Virus record (IMG/VR): IMGVR_UViG_3300025913_000030
Location: 10,705-74,704 of that record
From: a virus
DNA: 64,000 nt
Reading direction: 5' to 3' (one strand)
The number at the start of each line of letters is the position of its first letter. Position 1 is the first letter of the stretch. The notes under the pieces are model-generated. The model worked only from the letters and a program-made list of their open reading frames with translations, was not told the DNA's origin and did not search any database. The position numbers were made by a program, and so were the translations under genes. Shown here one piece after another: positions 63,335-64,000 of the stretch.

Positions 63335-64000
63335 CGCAGATCGGCGGCTTCCGCTTCCTTCACCGGCTCACCGTCGATGTCAACCTCTCGGCAGCCGGGT
63401 TCGACGACGCGACGTACCTTGACCTTCTGCTGGTCAATGACGCTGATCTCGTCCACGCGCACCGGACACGCCATGAACTTCGTCGCGTCCGTGTGGTACG
63501 CCAGGGCGTGTACGGGAGTCGGGCCGAAGTGCAGTCCCTTGCCGCAGTTGTTGTCGGGTCGCCAGTCCGGCGCCTCGGGCGTCGCACCGGGCGAGTAGTC
63601 GAACCCGTAGTCGGTGGTATAGGCGTCGTTCACGGCCTTGTACAGCGTGACGATTCCGTTCTCGTCCGGCTCCACGCCGTGGTACGAGAGCCAGGTCGCG
63701 GCGTCAGCGCCTGTCAGATTCGGCGGCTCGATGACATGGCACTTACCCGAAACCGTCACCGCGCGGTTCAACTTGTGCACCGCGACATACTGCGAGGCGG
63801 TGACGCTCGCGCTGCCCGAGGCGCGGACGCTCGCGCTGCCCGAGGCGCGGACGCTCGCGGTGTCCCAGGCGGTGACGCTCGCGGTGTCCCAGGCGGTGAC
63901 GCTCGCGCTGCCCGAGGCGGTGACGCTCGCGCTGCCCGAGGCGCGGACGCTCGCGGTGTCCCAGGCGGTGACGCTCGCGCTGCCCGAGGCGGTGACGCTC
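63331..64000 (-). CDS. Repeat-containing protein (5' end beyond window)
   Basis: Open frame through the repeat into LYKAV..CGKGLHF domain. Confidence 0.75.
   Translation of the reverse strand, partial: SVTASGSASVTAWDTASVRASGSASVTASGSASVTAWDTASVTAWDTASVRASGSASVRASGSASVTASQYVAVHKLNRAVTVSGKCHVIEPPNLTGADAATWLSYHGVEPDENGIVTLYKAVNDAYTTDYGFDYSPGATPEAPDWRPDNNCGKGLHFGPTPVHALAYHTDATKFMACPVRVDEISVIDQQKVKVRRVVEPGCREVDIDGEPVKEAEAADLR
63794..64000 (-). repeat. 24-bp coding tandem repeat (more than 8 units)
   Basis: GAGGCGGTGACGCTCGCGCTGCCC variants encoding (S/T)ASV(T/R)A(SG/WD). Confidence 0.92.

Noticed and set aside
63794-64000. 24-bp repeat as CRISPR or iterons
   Set aside because: No spacers; in-frame coding repeat

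Overview
High-GC (roughly 70%) temperate siphovirus or prophage segment, most likely from a filamentous actinomycete host. The left arm (+ strand, 466-24428) carries portal, MuF-like protein, scaffold, two peptidases, major capsid, an H-x-H repeat/beta-helix fibre, neck, tail tube, a frameshifted tail chaperone, tape measure and minor tail genes. Next come an inverted glycosylation cassette (4 glycosyltransferases, epimerase, methyltransferase), the lysis genes and a small HTH gene. The right arm (mostly - strand) has a Ro60/TROVE gene, regulators, a cro/cI-like switch, replication genes (endonuclease VII, PolA, primase, exonuclease, helicase, HNH), int/xis with a putative attP, and an RNA ligase. 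No terminase gene is visible in the window. Most notable: (1) Ro60 preceded by four Y-RNA-like units, three being circularly permuted tRNAs that keep different anticodon loops (Gln-, Asn- and Cys-like), with tRNA-fMet and two more structured RNAs downstream; (2) scaffold and capsid share an N-terminal leader ending PVYALAG(G/A) and flank a JAB/JAMM protease, suggesting ubiquitin-like-tail capsid maturation; (3) mimics of host developmental regulators (BldN-, WhiH-, BldM-, BldG(S-to-E)- and two BldC-like proteins); (4) about 14 copies of a TTGAC-N5-GTCAC operator fused to -35 boxes. Family assignments come from motif recognition and recalled sequences; no database search was run.
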